This document shows, piece by piece, positions 17,367 to 29,015 of a DNA stretch of 64,000 bases. The stretch is from an uncultured Burkholderiaceae bacterium (GTDB lineage: Bacteria; Pseudomonadota; Gammaproteobacteria; Burkholderiales; Burkholderiaceae_B). Within the stretch, counting starts at the first letter, position 1; each line of letters begins with the position of its first letter. A model generated the notes under the pieces. The model did no database searches. It had not been told where the DNA came from and was given only the letters and a program-made list of their open reading frames with translations. The translations under genes and the position numbers were made by a program. The DNA is taken from NCBI GenBank assembly GCA_937888805.1, contig CALBEY010000109.1:8749-72748 (forward strand). Direction: 5' to 3'.

Positions 17367-18889
17367 GTTGGTGCTCCTGGACGCCTTTGATGCCAATCAG
17401 TCACCAATTGGAACTGATGCGCCACAGCCAGCAAGCGCCCTTCGTCGAAATAGTTGCCGATCATCTGTAAACCAACCGGTAAGGGTTGCGAACGATGACC
17501 CGGTGCGAAACCGCAGGGAACCGACAAACCAGGCAGTCCTGCCAAGTTCACGCTTAGGGTGTAGATATCACCCAGCCATTCTGCGGTTGGATCGGTGCTC
17601 AGGCTACCAATGGCCGGTGCCACTGTGGGCGTCACAGGGCCCATGATCACATCACATTGGTCGGCAAACGCCCGCTGAAAGTCTTGGGCAATCAGGCGTC
17701 GAACCCGTTGCGCCTGAAGGTAATAGGCATCGTAATAGCCGTGTGATAGAACATAGGTCCCGATCATGATGCGCTTGCGCACTTCTTCGCCAAACCCCTC
17801 AGTGCGTGAGCGCGCACTCATGTCGGCCAGATCGGTGTAGGTTTCGGTGCGGTGGCCATAGCGAACAGCATCATAGCGCGCCAAATTACTTGAGGCTTCG
17901 GCCGGCGCAATCACGTAGTAGGCAGGAATTGATAGGGCTGTGTTGGGTAACGAGATCGACACCCGCTTGGCGCCAAGTGACTCTAAGACGACCAGTGCTT
18001 GATCAATGGCTTGCGCCACGTCGTTGTTTAAGCCATCGCCAAAATACTCATTGGGCACACCAATGCGCAAACCCGCGAGTGGTTGGGTGTTGTTTCTGTT
18101 GTTAAAGCGGGTGTAATCGGACAAGATGCGTCCGGGAGCATTGGCCACTGCTCGGCACGTCTCGATGCTGGTGGCGTCTCTGGGATCAAAGCCGCTGATG
18201 GCATCTAGTAAAAGCGCCAAATCGGCGGCGCTTCTGGCCATCACGCCTGCTTGATCCAAACTTGAGGCGTAGGCAATCATGCCAAAGCGAGACGCCACGC
18301 CATAGGTTGGTTTGATGCCGCAGATACCAGATAGTGCGGCCGGTTGGCGAACTGAGCCGCCCGTGTCAGTGCCCGTGGCACCCAAGACCAAACCGGCGGC
18401 AACCGCTGCAGCCGAACCCCCCGAGGAGCCACCCGGGACCACATCCAGATCCCAAGGATTGCGCACAGGACCCGTTGCTGCGTGTTCGTTACCCGATCCC
18501 ATGGCAAATTCATCACAACTGAGTTTGCCCAAGCTGACGGTTTGAGCCTTTAAAAGCGCCTGAACCACCGTGGCATCGAACGGGCTGCGGTAATCTGCCA
18601 ACATGCGGCTGCCTGCGGTGGTACGCCAACCCTCGGTTACAAAAATGTCTTTGTGGGCCAAGGGAATGCCGGTCAAAGCCCCAGCCTGACCGCAAGCGAT
18701 GGATTGCTCAGCGATTTCGGCTTGCGCCAAAGAGAGATCAGCTTGCACGTCAACGAAGGCGTTTAAGTTCGCGTGATGTTTGATCTCACCAAGCAATGTT
18801 TGGGTCAGCTCTTTGACACTGATTTGCTTGTTGTCTAGGGCTTGCCGTAAGGCGATGATGTCAGCGTATTGGTCGAGGAAGAGGGCCAT
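17363..18889 (-). CDS. gatA: Amidotransferase subunit A
   Basis: [11 protein letters not shown] amidase signature, [20 protein letters not shown]; ATG 18889 (TTG 18901 alternative). Confidence 0.97.
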   Translation of the reverse strand: MALFLDQYADIIALRQALDNKQISVKELTQTLLGEIKHHANLNAFVDVQADLSLAQAEIAEQSIACGQAGALTGIPLAHKDIFVTEGWRTTAGSRMLADYRSPFDATVVQALLKAQTVSLGKLSCDEFAMGSGNEHAATGPVRNPWDLDVVPGGSSGGSAAAVAAGLVLGATGTDTGGSVRQPAALSGICGIKPTYGVASRFGMIAYASSLDQAGVMARSAADLALLLDAISGFDPRDATSIETCRAVANAPGRILSDYTRFNNRNNTQPLAGLRIGVPNEYFGDGLNNDVAQAIDQALVVLESLGAKRVSISLPNTALSIPAYYVIAPAEASSNLARYDAVRYGHRTETYTDLADMSARSRTEGFGEEVRKRIMIGTYVLSHGYYDAYYLQAQRVRRLIAQDFQRAFADQCDVIMGPVTPTVAPAIGSLSTDPTAEWLGDIYTLSVNLAGLPGLSVPCGFAPGHRSQPLPVGLQMIGNYFDEGRLLAVAHQFQLVTDWHQRRPGAPT

Positions 18890-18893
18890 GGCT

Positions 18894-19202
18894 TTACTCA
18901 ATCACACGGGGCACGAGAAACAACCCATCGGCGGTGGCCGGCGCGTTTTGCATCAAATGGTCACGTTGTGCAATCGTGTTGGTCGCCAAACGCTCGTCTT
19001 CGCGTAACCGCAGTTCGATGTCGTGTAGTACCGAAAGCGGATGGGCCAGCGGCTCAATGCCCTTGGTGTCAATCGATTGGAGTTGCTCAATCAGACCCAT
19101 GACCAGATTGAGCTCATGTTTAAGCGCCGGTTGTTGATCGGGCGTGACGTGCAGTCGAGCCAGCTTGGCGACAAACGCGATGTCGGTCTCAGTCAATGCC
19201 AT
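18894..19202 (-). CDS. gatC: Amidotransferase subunit C
   Basis: VAKLARL...LREDE...[17 protein letters not shown]. Confidence 0.95.
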   Translation of the reverse strand: MALTETDIAFVAKLARLHVTPDQQPALKHELNLVMGLIEQLQSIDTKGIEPLAHPLSVLHDIELRLREDERLATNTIAQRDHLMQNAPATADGLFLVPRVIE

Positions 19203-19396
19203 AAGTCAGGGTAATCCCATGGTTCGCTTTGTGAGTAAAGACGAACGTTTGATACGTAGAAGCCGTGATTATAAGTTATCATTTCAGGCTAGGCTTAAAG
19301 TGAGATAACCATAACGTTTACGGGTTTTCTCTCAGCAATTGTGTTTGTGCTGGCCGCGCATCATTTGTCCACGGGTTTGCAGACGATTTTTTGTGA

Positions 19397-20482
<1,086 letters not shown>

Positions 20483-20524
20483 GCGCGCTGTTTTTTGACC
20501 AACGCATGGGATTAGCGCAGCCTT

Positions 20525-21442
20525 ATGGCGACAAAGGTCGACTTAGAACTCTTTAGACGCAGTGTGCCAGCGCAGGTTAAGCTGGTGCTGTTGGCTTTAC
20601 TGGCCTGCCTGCTGCTCGTTGTTGATGCCCATACCCGCTACCTTGAGCCCCTGAGACAGGGCTTAAGTGTGATTCTTTATCCCTTTCAACGGGTGGTGAT
20701 GCTCCCCCGTGACGCGGTGGTGGTGGTGCAAGATTACTCAAACTCGGCCCAATTACTAAAGCAAGAGAGCGAAGCGCTGCAGCAGCAGCGCATCGAGTTA
20801 TCGCAAGTGATCGGTAACGCTGCCCAACTGCTCACAGAAAACAGACAATTGCGGCGCCTTTTGGGTGTGATTGAAGACAAACCCATACACCCAGCGGTGG
20901 TGGTCGAAGTGCTTTATGAGCCGGCGACCGACTACCGTCGTCGTTTGGTGTTTAACAAGGGGTCCCGGCAAGGTATTGAGCCCGGAATGCCTGTGATCGA
21001 TGAAGGTGGGATTGTCGGTCAAGTGATCCGCGTGACACCGTTTTCTGCTGAGGCAGCCATGTTGACAGACGAGCAATTGGCCGTGCCGGTTCAATTGCTT
21101 CGCAATGGCTTGCGATTAATCGCTTTCGGTTCAGCCATTCCAGGCAAGGTCGAGGTGCGCTACTTCTCTTCTGACACTGACATCCAGGAAGGTGATGTGT
21201 TGGTCACCAGTGGTGTGGGTGGGGGCTTTCCAGCGGGGATATCGGTCGGCACCGTTGAGTCGGTCGAGCGCGATGCCGCGTCGGGATTTGCGCGAGCGCT
21301 GGCTCAACCGACCTCGCACCCAGAGCGTTACCGACATTTTTTGATCTTGAAGGTGCCTGTTGACGCCATTGGAACCAATGAGGCACCAAACCCCTCAAAC
21401 CCTATAGCTGGAGAGATAATTGCGCCAGTCACGACGAATTGA
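20525..21442 (+). CDS. mreC: Rod shape-determining protein MreC
   Basis: N-terminal TM plus coiled coil, ENRQLRRLLG, GLVGQV-like GIVGQV, LVTSGVGGGFPAG; follows mreB. Confidence 0.93.
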   Translation: MATKVDLELFRRSVPAQVKLVLLALLACLLLVVDAHTRYLEPLRQGLSVILYPFQRVVMLPRDAVVVVQDYSNSAQLLKQESEALQQQRIELSQVIGNAAQLLTENRQLRRLLGVIEDKPIHPAVVVEVLYEPATDYRRRLVFNKGSRQGIEPGMPVIDEGGIVGQVIRVTPFSAEAAMLTDEQLAVPVQLLRNGLRLIAFGSAIPGKVEVRYFSSDTDIQEGDVLVTSGVGGGFPAGISVGTVESVERDAASGFARALAQPTSHPERYRHFLILKVPVDAIGTNEAPNPSNPIAGEIIAPVTTN

Positions 21443-21986
21443 GTCTTTGGGTAGCGCGGGGCTTGTGCGCACCCAAGGCATAGGAGCCGATGAAATCGAC
21501 CTGCGCTCGGACAGCTGGGTGGTTTGGGGTTCAATCACGGCGTTTTTTTTATTGTCTCTGTTGCCCTGGCGCTTAATGCCTGTAGCGCCCGATCTATTGA
21601 TGCTGGTGGTGGTCTTTTGGGCGGTTCATGAGCCTCGCCGCGTGGGCATGTTTACCGCCTTTGTGTTGGGTTTGTTGATTGATGTGCACGACGCTGGACC
21701 ACTGGGTCAGTATGCATTGACATACGTATTGGCGTGCTATGGTGCAGTGGTTTTACAGCGGCGTTTGTTGCGCTTTAATCTGTGGCGTCAGGCGCTGCAT
21801 ATGGTGCCCGTTTTTGTGTTGGCCAAGGTCGTTTCGGTGGTTCTTTCAGCGTTGGTCAGCGGCACATGGCCAGGCCAGGCGTGGCTGATTGGTTTGGCTC
21901 TGGTTTGTGTGCTGTGGGTGCCCATCGGGTGGTTGTTGTTATTGCCGGGTAATCGCTTGGCTAGCATGAGCGCTTCAACCGAGTAA
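21420..21986 (+). CDS. mreD: Rod shape-determining protein MreD
   Basis: PDLLMLVVVFW, GLLIDV...LGQYAL; between mreC and mrdA; start uncertain. Confidence 0.88.
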   Translation: MRQSRRIESLGSAGLVRTQGIGADEIDLRSDSWVVWGSITAFFLLSLLPWRLMPVAPDLLMLVVVFWAVHEPRRVGMFTAFVLGLLIDVHDAGPLGQYALTYVLACYGAVVLQRRLLRFNLWRQALHMVPVFVLAKVVSVVLSALVSGTWPGQAWLIGLALVCVLWVPIGWLLLLPGNRLASMSASTE

Positions 21987-22031
21987 TTTTTGCGACCAAG
22001 CACCTTGGCACTTTTGATTGGTCTTTGATTC

Positions 22032-23906
22032 ATGTTTGATTTTAAATCCGCAACGCAACGGCAACGCAGCCTGTTTGGTTTAAGGGTGTGGATAGCTGCG
22101 CTTGTGGTGTTGCTCGCTTTCGGTTTACTGGGTGCTAGGCTCTGGGTGCTGCAAGTTCAAAAACATGAGGGTTTACTTAAGCGAGCCGACAGCAACCGAA
22201 CGGCGGTCTTGCCTTTGCCGCCACGGCGTGGCGACATTTTGGATCGAAATGGTGTCGTTCTCGCTCGCAATTATTTGAGTTACACCCTCGATGTGGTGCC
22301 TGCAGAGGCAGGCAAGATTGACCCTTTATTAAAAAACCTGAACCAAGTGGTACCACTAAGCGAGTATCAGGTTAAGCGTTTTAAACGCCGCTTGGCTGAT
22401 GCCGGTCGATTTTCATTGGTGCCACTGCGTCGTGACCTCTCTGACACCGAGGCAGCCTTTTTCGCCGCGCAAGCATTCCGATTCCCCGGCGTGCAACTCA
22501 AAGCGAGATGGGTCAGGCAATATCCTCAGGGCCTGTCGGCCGCGCACGTGGTGGGTTACGTGGGACGCATCTCGGAGGCCGATGTTCAAGCGCTCGATGC
22601 CAATCACGAGTTGGGTAACTACCGCGGCACCGACATCATCGGTAAGAAAGGTGTGGAAAAGTCTTGGGAACAGGTGTTGCATGGCGTCACGGGCATCGAA
22701 TCGGTTGAAGTGACAGCACGCGGCAAACCCATGCGAACATTACACCGTATCGATCCTGCACCTGGCGAAGACTTGGTTTTATCGATTGACATGCGCTTGC
22801 AGCGGATCGCTGAGCAAGCTTTCAAGGGGCAGCGCGGCGCGCTCGTGGCGCTCGACCCTCAAACGGGTGAGGTCTTGGCATTCGTGTCAGCACCATCCTT
22901 TGACCCGAATTTGTTTGTCGATGGCATCGATCACGACAGTTGGCGCGAGCTAAACGAGTCGGAAAATTTTCCACTGATCAATCGACCCGTTTATGGCACC
23001 TACCCCATTGGCTCAACGTTTAAGCCTTTTATCGCCCTAGCGGCCATGACCATGGGTAAGCGCGATGCCAAAACGCGAATCTATGATCCAGGCTATTTCG
23101 AGATGGGTAAAACGCGATTTCGCAATGCTGGCTCTGTGCCTTACGGTAACGTCGACATGCACAAGTCATTGGTGGTGTCGTCAGACACTTACTACTATTC
23201 TTTAGCCACTGACATCACAATTGATGCACTGCATGATTTTATGAAGCCATTTGGTTTTGGACAAAAGACAGGCATTGACTTAGACACTGAGCGCACGGGC
23301 GTGCTGCCGTCAACCGATTGGAAAAAAAAGGCCTTTAAAGAGCGAGTGCAACAGCGCTGGTTTCCCGGTGAGACTGTTTCGGTTTTAATTGGGCAGGGCT
23401 ACAGCGCCTTCACCATCATGCAATTGGCTCAGGCCACGGCGGTCTTGGCCAATGGGGGCGATTACCACACGCCGCATTTGGTTAAGGCCATACAAAACAC
23501 GGCTCTTAAAACTCAACGCCCCACGCGTCAAGAGCCGAGCCATCGCATTGCGTTAAAACGTGAGCATGTTCGAGAAGTGACCGAAGCGCTCGAGCAGGTC
23601 ACGCTCACTGGTACCGCACGTCGTGCCTTCAGCGGGGTGCAATACCCCGTGGCTGGTAAGACCGGCACCGCACAGCTCTTTAACTTAAAGGGCAGCAAAT
23701 ACAAAAAAGAAGACGTTGACGAGCGTCTTCGCGATCACTCGTTGTTCATGGGATTTGCACCATCACGGGCGCCAACCATTGCGCTGGCGATATTGGTTGA
23801 GAACGCGGGTTGGGGCAGTGAAGTTGCTGCTCCCATCGCGCGTGAGGTCTTTGATGCTTGGATTTTGCGTGATGACGGCGCGCTGGCGCAGTCAAGAACA
23901 CCATGA
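22032..23906 (+). CDS. mrdA: Penicillin-binding protein 2
   Basis: RRGDILDRNG; STFK, SSD and KTG catalytic motifs. Confidence 0.96.
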   Translation: MFDFKSATQRQRSLFGLRVWIAALVVLLAFGLLGARLWVLQVQKHEGLLKRADSNRTAVLPLPPRRGDILDRNGVVLARNYLSYTLDVVPAEAGKIDPLLKNLNQVVPLSEYQVKRFKRRLADAGRFSLVPLRRDLSDTEAAFFAAQAFRFPGVQLKARWVRQYPQGLSAAHVVGYVGRISEADVQALDANHELGNYRGTDIIGKKGVEKSWEQVLHGVTGIESVEVTARGKPMRTLHRIDPAPGEDLVLSIDMRLQRIAEQAFKGQRGALVALDPQTGEVLAFVSAPSFDPNLFVDGIDHDSWRELNESENFPLINRPVYGTYPIGSTFKPFIALAAMTMGKRDAKTRIYDPGYFEMGKTRFRNAGSVPYGNVDMHKSLVVSSDTYYYSLATDITIDALHDFMKPFGFGQKTGIDLDTERTGVLPSTDWKKKAFKERVQQRWFPGETVSVLIGQGYSAFTIMQLAQATAVLANGGDYHTPHLVKAIQNTALKTQRPTRQEPSHRIALKREHVREVTEALEQVTLTGTARRAFSGVQYPVAGKTGTAQLFNLKGSKYKKEDVDERLRDHSLFMGFAPSRAPTIALAILVENAGWGSEVAAPIAREVFDAWILRDDGALAQSRTP

Positions 23907-25048
23907 TTGGTCTTTTCAATCTTCTCATCAGAGGGATGAAGGCCATTGATTGGCCTTTGTTTTTGATTGCAGCTTTACTGTCTGGCGTGGGTTTATTGGT
24001 GATGCAGTCGGCCGTGGGTGGGACCGACTGGCGCTACGCGGTTCAGAGCCAATATTTAGTTATCGCCTTTTTCATCATGTGGGGTGTGGCCATTGTGCCA
24101 CCCCATTGGCTCGCAAAAATGGCACCACTGTTTTACGGCGTCTCATTGGTTTTGTTGGTTGGCGTGGTTTTCTTTGGGGAGACAAGCAAAGGTGCAACAC
24201 GCTGGTTGGATTTGGGGTTTGTTCGTATACAACCCTCAGAAATCATGAAAATTGCTTTGCCGCTTTTGTTGGCATGGTATTTTCAGCGTCGCGAACAACG
24301 CCTGATGGGATTGGACTTTGTGGTGGCGTTTGTCTTGGTGGTGATCCCTTTCCTGCTGATTGTGCGCCAACCCGACTTAGGCACAGCCTTGTTGGTTGGC
24401 ACGGCTGGTTTGTGCGCCATCTATTTTGCTGGCCTGTCTTTCAAGTTATTGGTGCCGCTGGCTGTGATTGCTGTGGTTGGTATCGGTTCGGTGCTGTTGT
24501 TCGAAGAGACGCTGTGCTTGCCAAATACCGATTGGGTGCTGTTGCACGAATACCAAAAGGGTCGGGTGTGTACGTTGCTCGATCCCACCCAGGATCCATT
24601 GGGCCGAGGGTTTCACACCATCCAATCGACCATTGCGGTGGGCTCTGGCGGTTTGTATGGACGTGGTTTTATGGCAGGCACCCAAGGCCAACTCGACTTC
24701 ATTCCCGAGCGCACCACCGACTTTATCTTTGCGGTTTTTGCCGAAGAGTTTGGGCTTTATGGTGCATTAACTCTGCTGTTTCTGTTCGCCCTGCTCATTA
24801 TTCGAGGGTTTGTTATCGCCATTCGCGCGACGGACACCTTTGGTCGGGTGTTGGCGTCGAGCCTGTCAATGGTTTTTTTCATCTATGTTTTCGTCAATAT
24901 TGGCATGGTGATTGGCATCTTGCCAGTGGTTGGCGTCCCATTGCCCTTTTTCAGTTACGGCGGGACGGCGCTCGTTACACTGGCTGTTGCTGTTGGTTTA
25001 CTGATGGGAATCAGTCGCCATAGTGTCAGGATTGCCGCCAACCAGTAA
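23903..25048 (+). CDS. rodA: Rod shape-determining protein RodA (SEDS)
   Basis: GATRWL, IQPSEIMK, QPDLGT, PERTTDFIFAV, GVPLPFFSYGG. Confidence 0.96.
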   Translation: MIGLFNLLIRGMKAIDWPLFLIAALLSGVGLLVMQSAVGGTDWRYAVQSQYLVIAFFIMWGVAIVPPHWLAKMAPLFYGVSLVLLVGVVFFGETSKGATRWLDLGFVRIQPSEIMKIALPLLLAWYFQRREQRLMGLDFVVAFVLVVIPFLLIVRQPDLGTALLVGTAGLCAIYFAGLSFKLLVPLAVIAVVGIGSVLLFEETLCLPNTDWVLLHEYQKGRVCTLLDPTQDPLGRGFHTIQSTIAVGSGGLYGRGFMAGTQGQLDFIPERTTDFIFAVFAEEFGLYGALTLLFLFALLIIRGFVIAIRATDTFGRVLASSLSMVFFIYVFVNIGMVIGILPVVGVPLPFFSYGGTALVTLAVAVGLLMGISRHSVRIAANQ

Positions 25049-26107
25049 TGTTTTGATGGGTTTGGGTAAGCCTAGGTTGGCAAGCGTTTGGTTGCAGATC
25101 CATTGCCCTGCGGCGTTAGCAATGACCGGTGGGATTGCGGTGTCTGGCAAAGCCAGTCGCCAAGGTGTCAAAGTCAACCGAAAATGCGTCAAATCATGAC
25201 CAATGCTAGCCATTCGTGTGCACGGCAGTGGCTCGGCCAACCAATCATCGACCGCATTCTGAGCGAGGCTCGCCGAATCAAACATCGGTAAACACCAGAG
25301 GCGTCCCCAGATACCCTTGTCAGGGCGTCTTTGCAAAAGCACCTGCGAGCCATGCGTTACCCACAGCAAATGCAGTTCACGGGTTGGTCGCTCAGCTGCT
25401 TTGCGCTTGAATGGGAGTTCTTGAGTACGTCCAGTGTGATGCGCCACGCAACGGTCTGCCAATGGGCAGCGCTCGCAAGCGGGTTCTCGACGCGTACAGA
25501 GTGTGGCCCCAAGATCCATCAGGCCTTGGGTATAGGAAGTCATTGCTTTTGGTTGTTGGCCAATCAAGCTAGGGCTTGGCAAGCAGCTGTTGGCCAGCGC
25601 CCATAGCTGCTTGATGGTGGTGCCGTGGCTGACATCGCCATCAATGCCAAAATACCGCGCCAGCACCCGTTTGACGTTGCCATCAAGAATGGCTGAGCGT
25701 TCGTCAGAGCAGAAAGCGGCAATGGCAGCGGCCGTTGACGGGCCAATACCAGGCAACGTTTGAAGCTCTTGGCTGGTACGAGGGAATTGACCTTGACATT
25801 GATTGACCACGGTTTTGGCGCAGGCGTGTAGGTGTCGGGCTCGAGCGTAATAACCCAGCCCCGCCCAAAGCGCCATGACTTCCTCCTCACTGGCTTGAGC
25901 CAAGTCGGTCACGGTGGGTAAGCGCGTCAAAAAGCGCTCGAAATAGCCGATCACAGTGCTGACTTGAGTCTGTTGCAGCATGATCTCTGATAACCAAACC
26001 CGGTAGGGATCACGGCTTTGTTGCCAAGGCAAATGATGGCGACCATGGGATGCCTGCCAGTCAATCACGCGTTGCGCAAAATCTTGAGAAGCGGGTTTGT
26101 TTGGCAT
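24998..26107 (-). CDS. mutY: A/G-specific adenine glycosylase
   Basis: VWLSEIMLQQTQV, WAGLGYYARARHL, LPGIG, DGNVKRV, CTRREPACERCP Fe-S motif; ATG 26107 coupled to the ftsX stop. Confidence 0.96.
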   Translation of the reverse strand: MPNKPASQDFAQRVIDWQASHGRHHLPWQQSRDPYRVWLSEIMLQQTQVSTVIGYFERFLTRLPTVTDLAQASEEEVMALWAGLGYYARARHLHACAKTVVNQCQGQFPRTSQELQTLPGIGPSTAAAIAAFCSDERSAILDGNVKRVLARYFGIDGDVSHGTTIKQLWALANSCLPSPSLIGQQPKAMTSYTQGLMDLGATLCTRREPACERCPLADRCVAHHTGRTQELPFKRKAAERPTRELHLLWVTHGSQVLLQRRPDKGIWGRLWCLPMFDSASLAQNAVDDWLAEPLPCTRMASIGHDLTHFRLTLTPWRLALPDTAIPPVIANAAGQWICNQTLANLGLPKPIKTLLVGGNPDTMATDSHQ

Positions 26108-27015
26108 CAAAACCGGGTGTGTCGGGTGACAGACCATCGCGCTGAAAAGCAGCCCAAGACAATCGCGGCAATCAAGTACACGAATAAAGCCAAGCCGCTT
26201 GGCAAGTGCAAGGCAAATAGTGTGTCGTAAGTTTTAGAGAGGTCACTGATAGCGGTATTCAAAGGGTTCAGCGCCAGCGCGGTCAGGCCAATTGCAATCG
26301 CAGCCCCAAGCCCACAGGTCAGGCCACCTTGGTATAAAAAAGGACGACGCACAAATGACTCTGTGGCGCCGACCAATCGCGCCACGGCGATCTCATCACG
26401 TTGGGAGAGGGCTTGCATGCGCACGGTGTTAAAGACAGCCGCTAACACCACCAGCGCAATAATCAAAGTGACCAGTGTGAGCCCAATACGCACCAACCGT
26501 AGCAATGCCTCAAGACGCTGCACCCAAAGGCTGTCGAGTTGCACGAACTGTACGCCTTCTTCTAGGCGCCATTCAGAGGCAAATAATTCAGCTGTCCGAG
26601 CCACGGCGTCATCAGCGGCGAGCGTGACCGTGATGGCATGTGGCAGTGGATTGTTTGGCAGGGCTTCTAAGGCCTGTCGCCAGGCTTCGTTGCTGCGGAG
26701 CGATTCGGCTGCTTGTGACTTATCCACTAAGCGAACATCTAAGATGAGTGGATCTTTGCTTTCTTGGATGCTTTTGGTGAGTGATTCACTGACTGCAAGC
26801 GAGGCGTCAGGCGTCATAAAGATGGTGATGGTGGGGTCAGCCGAGACATGCTGCGCGACGGGTTGCACTGAAATTAGGATGGATGCACCCATGAGGGGCA
26901 AAACCAGGGCCAAAGCAATCACCACGACGTTGGTTAAAAAAGAAGAGGGGGCCTGCAGCAAACGACGCAAGGTGACTTGCAGGGCGTAACGGTGAAGTTG
27001 CAGCCACTGTTTCAT
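26107..27015 (-). CDS. ftsX: Cell division permease FtsX
   Basis: NPLPHAITV, DSLWVQRL, NTVRMQ...EIAVARLVGATESFVRRPFLYQG. Confidence 0.92.
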   Translation of the reverse strand: MKQWLQLHRYALQVTLRRLLQAPSSFLTNVVVIALALVLPLMGASILISVQPVAQHVSADPTITIFMTPDASLAVSESLTKSIQESKDPLILDVRLVDKSQAAESLRSNEAWRQALEALPNNPLPHAITVTLAADDAVARTAELFASEWRLEEGVQFVQLDSLWVQRLEALLRLVRIGLTLVTLIIALVVLAAVFNTVRMQALSQRDEIAVARLVGATESFVRRPFLYQGGLTCGLGAAIAIGLTALALNPLNTAISDLSKTYDTLFALHLPSGLALFVYLIAAIVLGCFSARWSVTRHTRF

Positions 27016-27686
27016 GTTGTTTTGTTCACTGGAAAATCGCGAAACCGTCCTGGTTCGATCACAAACACACGATCGGCATATTGCGCCATCAAGTCCTCGT
27101 CGTGTGTAGCAACCAGCGTGGTGACCCCGACTTGGTTGAAGTCTTTGAACACATCCATGACCCGCTTAGCGGTGTCTTTGTCTAAGTTAGCGGTTGGTTC
27201 GTCAGCAATTAGTAGCGCCGGTCGGTTCACAATCGCACGCGCAATCGCCAAGCGTTGTTGCTCGCCACCCGAAAGCGTGACGGGCAGTGCTGTTTCTTTG
27301 CCACCAAGCCCGACTTTTTGCAGCGCTGCGCGCGCTCTTGAACGTGCGACGTCATTGGGTTGGCCAGTAACGGCGAGTGGTAGCATCACGTTTTGAAGGG
27401 CGTTGCGGTCTTGGAGCAAGTGTGTGTCTTGCAAGATGACACCAACCGCGCGACGCAAGTAGGGACGAGCTCGCGCAGTCAAACGGTCAAGTCGTTGGCC
27501 GTTGACTTGAATAATGCCGCGGTTGGCGGGTTCGAGGCCGGCAATCAGTTTCAGCAATGTGGATTTACCGGCGCCAGAAGGTCCAGCAACAAATAGAAAC
27601 TCACCAGCGCCGACATGAAACGACACATCTTCAAGGATGGCCGTGCCGGAGGCGTAAGACTTAAAAACGTGTTGAAATTCAATCAT
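27012..27686 (-). CDS. ftsE: Cell division ATP-binding protein FtsE
   Basis: GPSGAGKST, LSGGEQQR, ADEPTANLD; upstream of ftsX. Confidence 0.92.
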   Translation of the reverse strand: MIEFQHVFKSYASGTAILEDVSFHVGAGEFLFVAGPSGAGKSTLLKLIAGLEPANRGIIQVNGQRLDRLTARARPYLRRAVGVILQDTHLLQDRNALQNVMLPLAVTGQPNDVARSRARAALQKVGLGGKETALPVTLSGGEQQRLAIARAIVNRPALLIADEPTANLDKDTAKRVMDVFKDFNQVGVTTLVATHDEDLMAQYADRVFVIEPGRFRDFPVNKTT

Positions 27687-27882
27687 CAGCCGGTACCAAG
27701 CAAGGTTATTGCATTGTAAACCGGCGAAGCAGCCGTGTTGACATGAAATTTACGCTTAGAAATCACCAAGGGATTTCCCGCTTTGGTTAAAACAATGCAG
27801 TGATTAGTATGGTTAAGTTAAGCGGTTAACGATGCGGGCCAGCCAAACGCTTGTTAAAGCTCAGGTCACAACGGAGATAAAA

Positions 27883-28899
27883 ATGAAAACCTTAAAACTG
27901 GCCGCGATTGCCGCGGCAATGCTTTTTAATGGTGCGGTGGTGCAGGCGGGGCCAACATTTGATGCGGTCAAACAGAAAGGTTTTGTTCAGTGTGGTGTGC
28001 ACACCGGCGTGGCTGGCTTCTCAAATCCAGACAGCAAAGGCGTTTGGACAGGGATCGACGTCGACATGTGCAAGGCCATCGCCGCGGCCATGTTCAACGA
28101 TGCCAATGCCTTTAAGGTCACGCCCCTTTCAGCCGTACAACGTTTCACCGCCCTGCAGTCCGGTGAAATTGATGTGTTGACACGCAACACCACGCAAACC
28201 TTGACCCGTGACACCACATTGGGATTGGTGGGTACCGGTATTAATTTTTACGACGGTCAAGGCGTAATGGTTAAAAAAGAGCTCGGTATCAAAGGAGCCA
28301 AAGCGCTAAATGGCGCCACGATTTGCGTGCAGCCTGGCACCACAACGGAGCTCAACCTTGCAGACTGGTTCCGTGCGAACAATATTTCGTTTAAGCCTGT
28401 GGTGATTGAAAAGTTAGACGAAATTGTGCGCGCTTTTGTGGCCGGTCGCTGCGATGCCTTCACGACCGATAAGTCACAATTGGCGGGGGTCAGAACCACC
28501 TTAGAAAAACCTGATGCCTACGAGATCTTGCCAGACACTTTCTCAAAAGAGCCCTTGGGGCCCATGGTTCGTCAAGGCGATGATGCTTGGTTTAACGTGG
28601 TTCGTTGGACCTTGTTTGCCATGATCGAGGCCGAGGAATATGGCATCACCTCTAAGAACGCTCAAGAAATGCTCAAGAGCTCAGACCCAAACGTGCAGCG
28701 CATCTTGGGCGTAACACCGGGCATGGGTAAGAACTTGGGCCTCAGTAACGAATGGGCCTTCAGTGTGGTGTCGCAAGTGGGTAACTACGGCGAAACGTTT
28801 GAGCGTAATGTTGGTGCTGAAAGCCCGCTGAAACTTGAGCGTGGCTTAAATGCCACGTGGCGCAATGGTGGCTTGATGTACGGCTGGCCAATCCGCTAA
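27883..28899 (+). CDS. aapJ: Amino-acid ABC transporter substrate-binding protein (AapJ/BztA-like)
   Basis: Signal peptide; GIDVDMCKAIAAA, RFTALQSGEIDVL, SKEPLGP, VGNYGETF, GGLMY; GGAG RBS before ATG 27883. Confidence 0.88.
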   Translation: MKTLKLAAIAAAMLFNGAVVQAGPTFDAVKQKGFVQCGVHTGVAGFSNPDSKGVWTGIDVDMCKAIAAAMFNDANAFKVTPLSAVQRFTALQSGEIDVLTRNTTQTLTRDTTLGLVGTGINFYDGQGVMVKKELGIKGAKALNGATICVQPGTTTELNLADWFRANNISFKPVVIEKLDEIVRAFVAGRCDAFTTDKSQLAGVRTTLEKPDAYEILPDTFSKEPLGPMVRQGDDAWFNVVRWTLFAMIEAEEYGITSKNAQEMLKSSDPNVQRILGVTPGMGKNLGLSNEWAFSVVSQVGNYGETFERNVGAESPLKLERGLNATWRNGGLMYGWPIR

Positions 28900-28930
28900 A
28901 CCACATGACCACTTAAGCACAGCAATCAAA

Positions 28931-28969
28931 ACCACTCGACACGCCAGTACCGCTAGCGTTTCGAGTGGT
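28931..28969 (+). other. Intercistronic stem-loop between the substrate-binding and permease genes
   Basis: ACCACTCGA-C-ACGC...GCGT-T-TCGAGTGGT. Confidence 0.65.
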
Positions 28970-29015
28970 CTAAATACTGCTACCTTCTAGAAACACAAAA
29001 CCCCGCCATGCATTT

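Noticed and set aside
23950-25023. 357-aa same-strand alternative-frame ORF inside rodA
   Set aside because: Stops in this frame need a T-ending codon followed by AA/AG/GA-starting codons (Lys, Asn, Asp, Glu and some Ser/Arg). These are scarce in a hydrophobic membrane protein, so a long open frame is expected, and the translation has no recognisable motif.
26363-26989. Long antisense ORFs (for example 208 aa opposite ftsX, 176 aa within tonB)
   Set aside because: Shadow ORFs of well-supported genes with no motifs or RBS.
27700-27745. CCGGCGAAGCAGCC resembling SRP RNA domain IV
   Set aside because: No GGAA tetraloop or CAGG partner and no long flanking stem.
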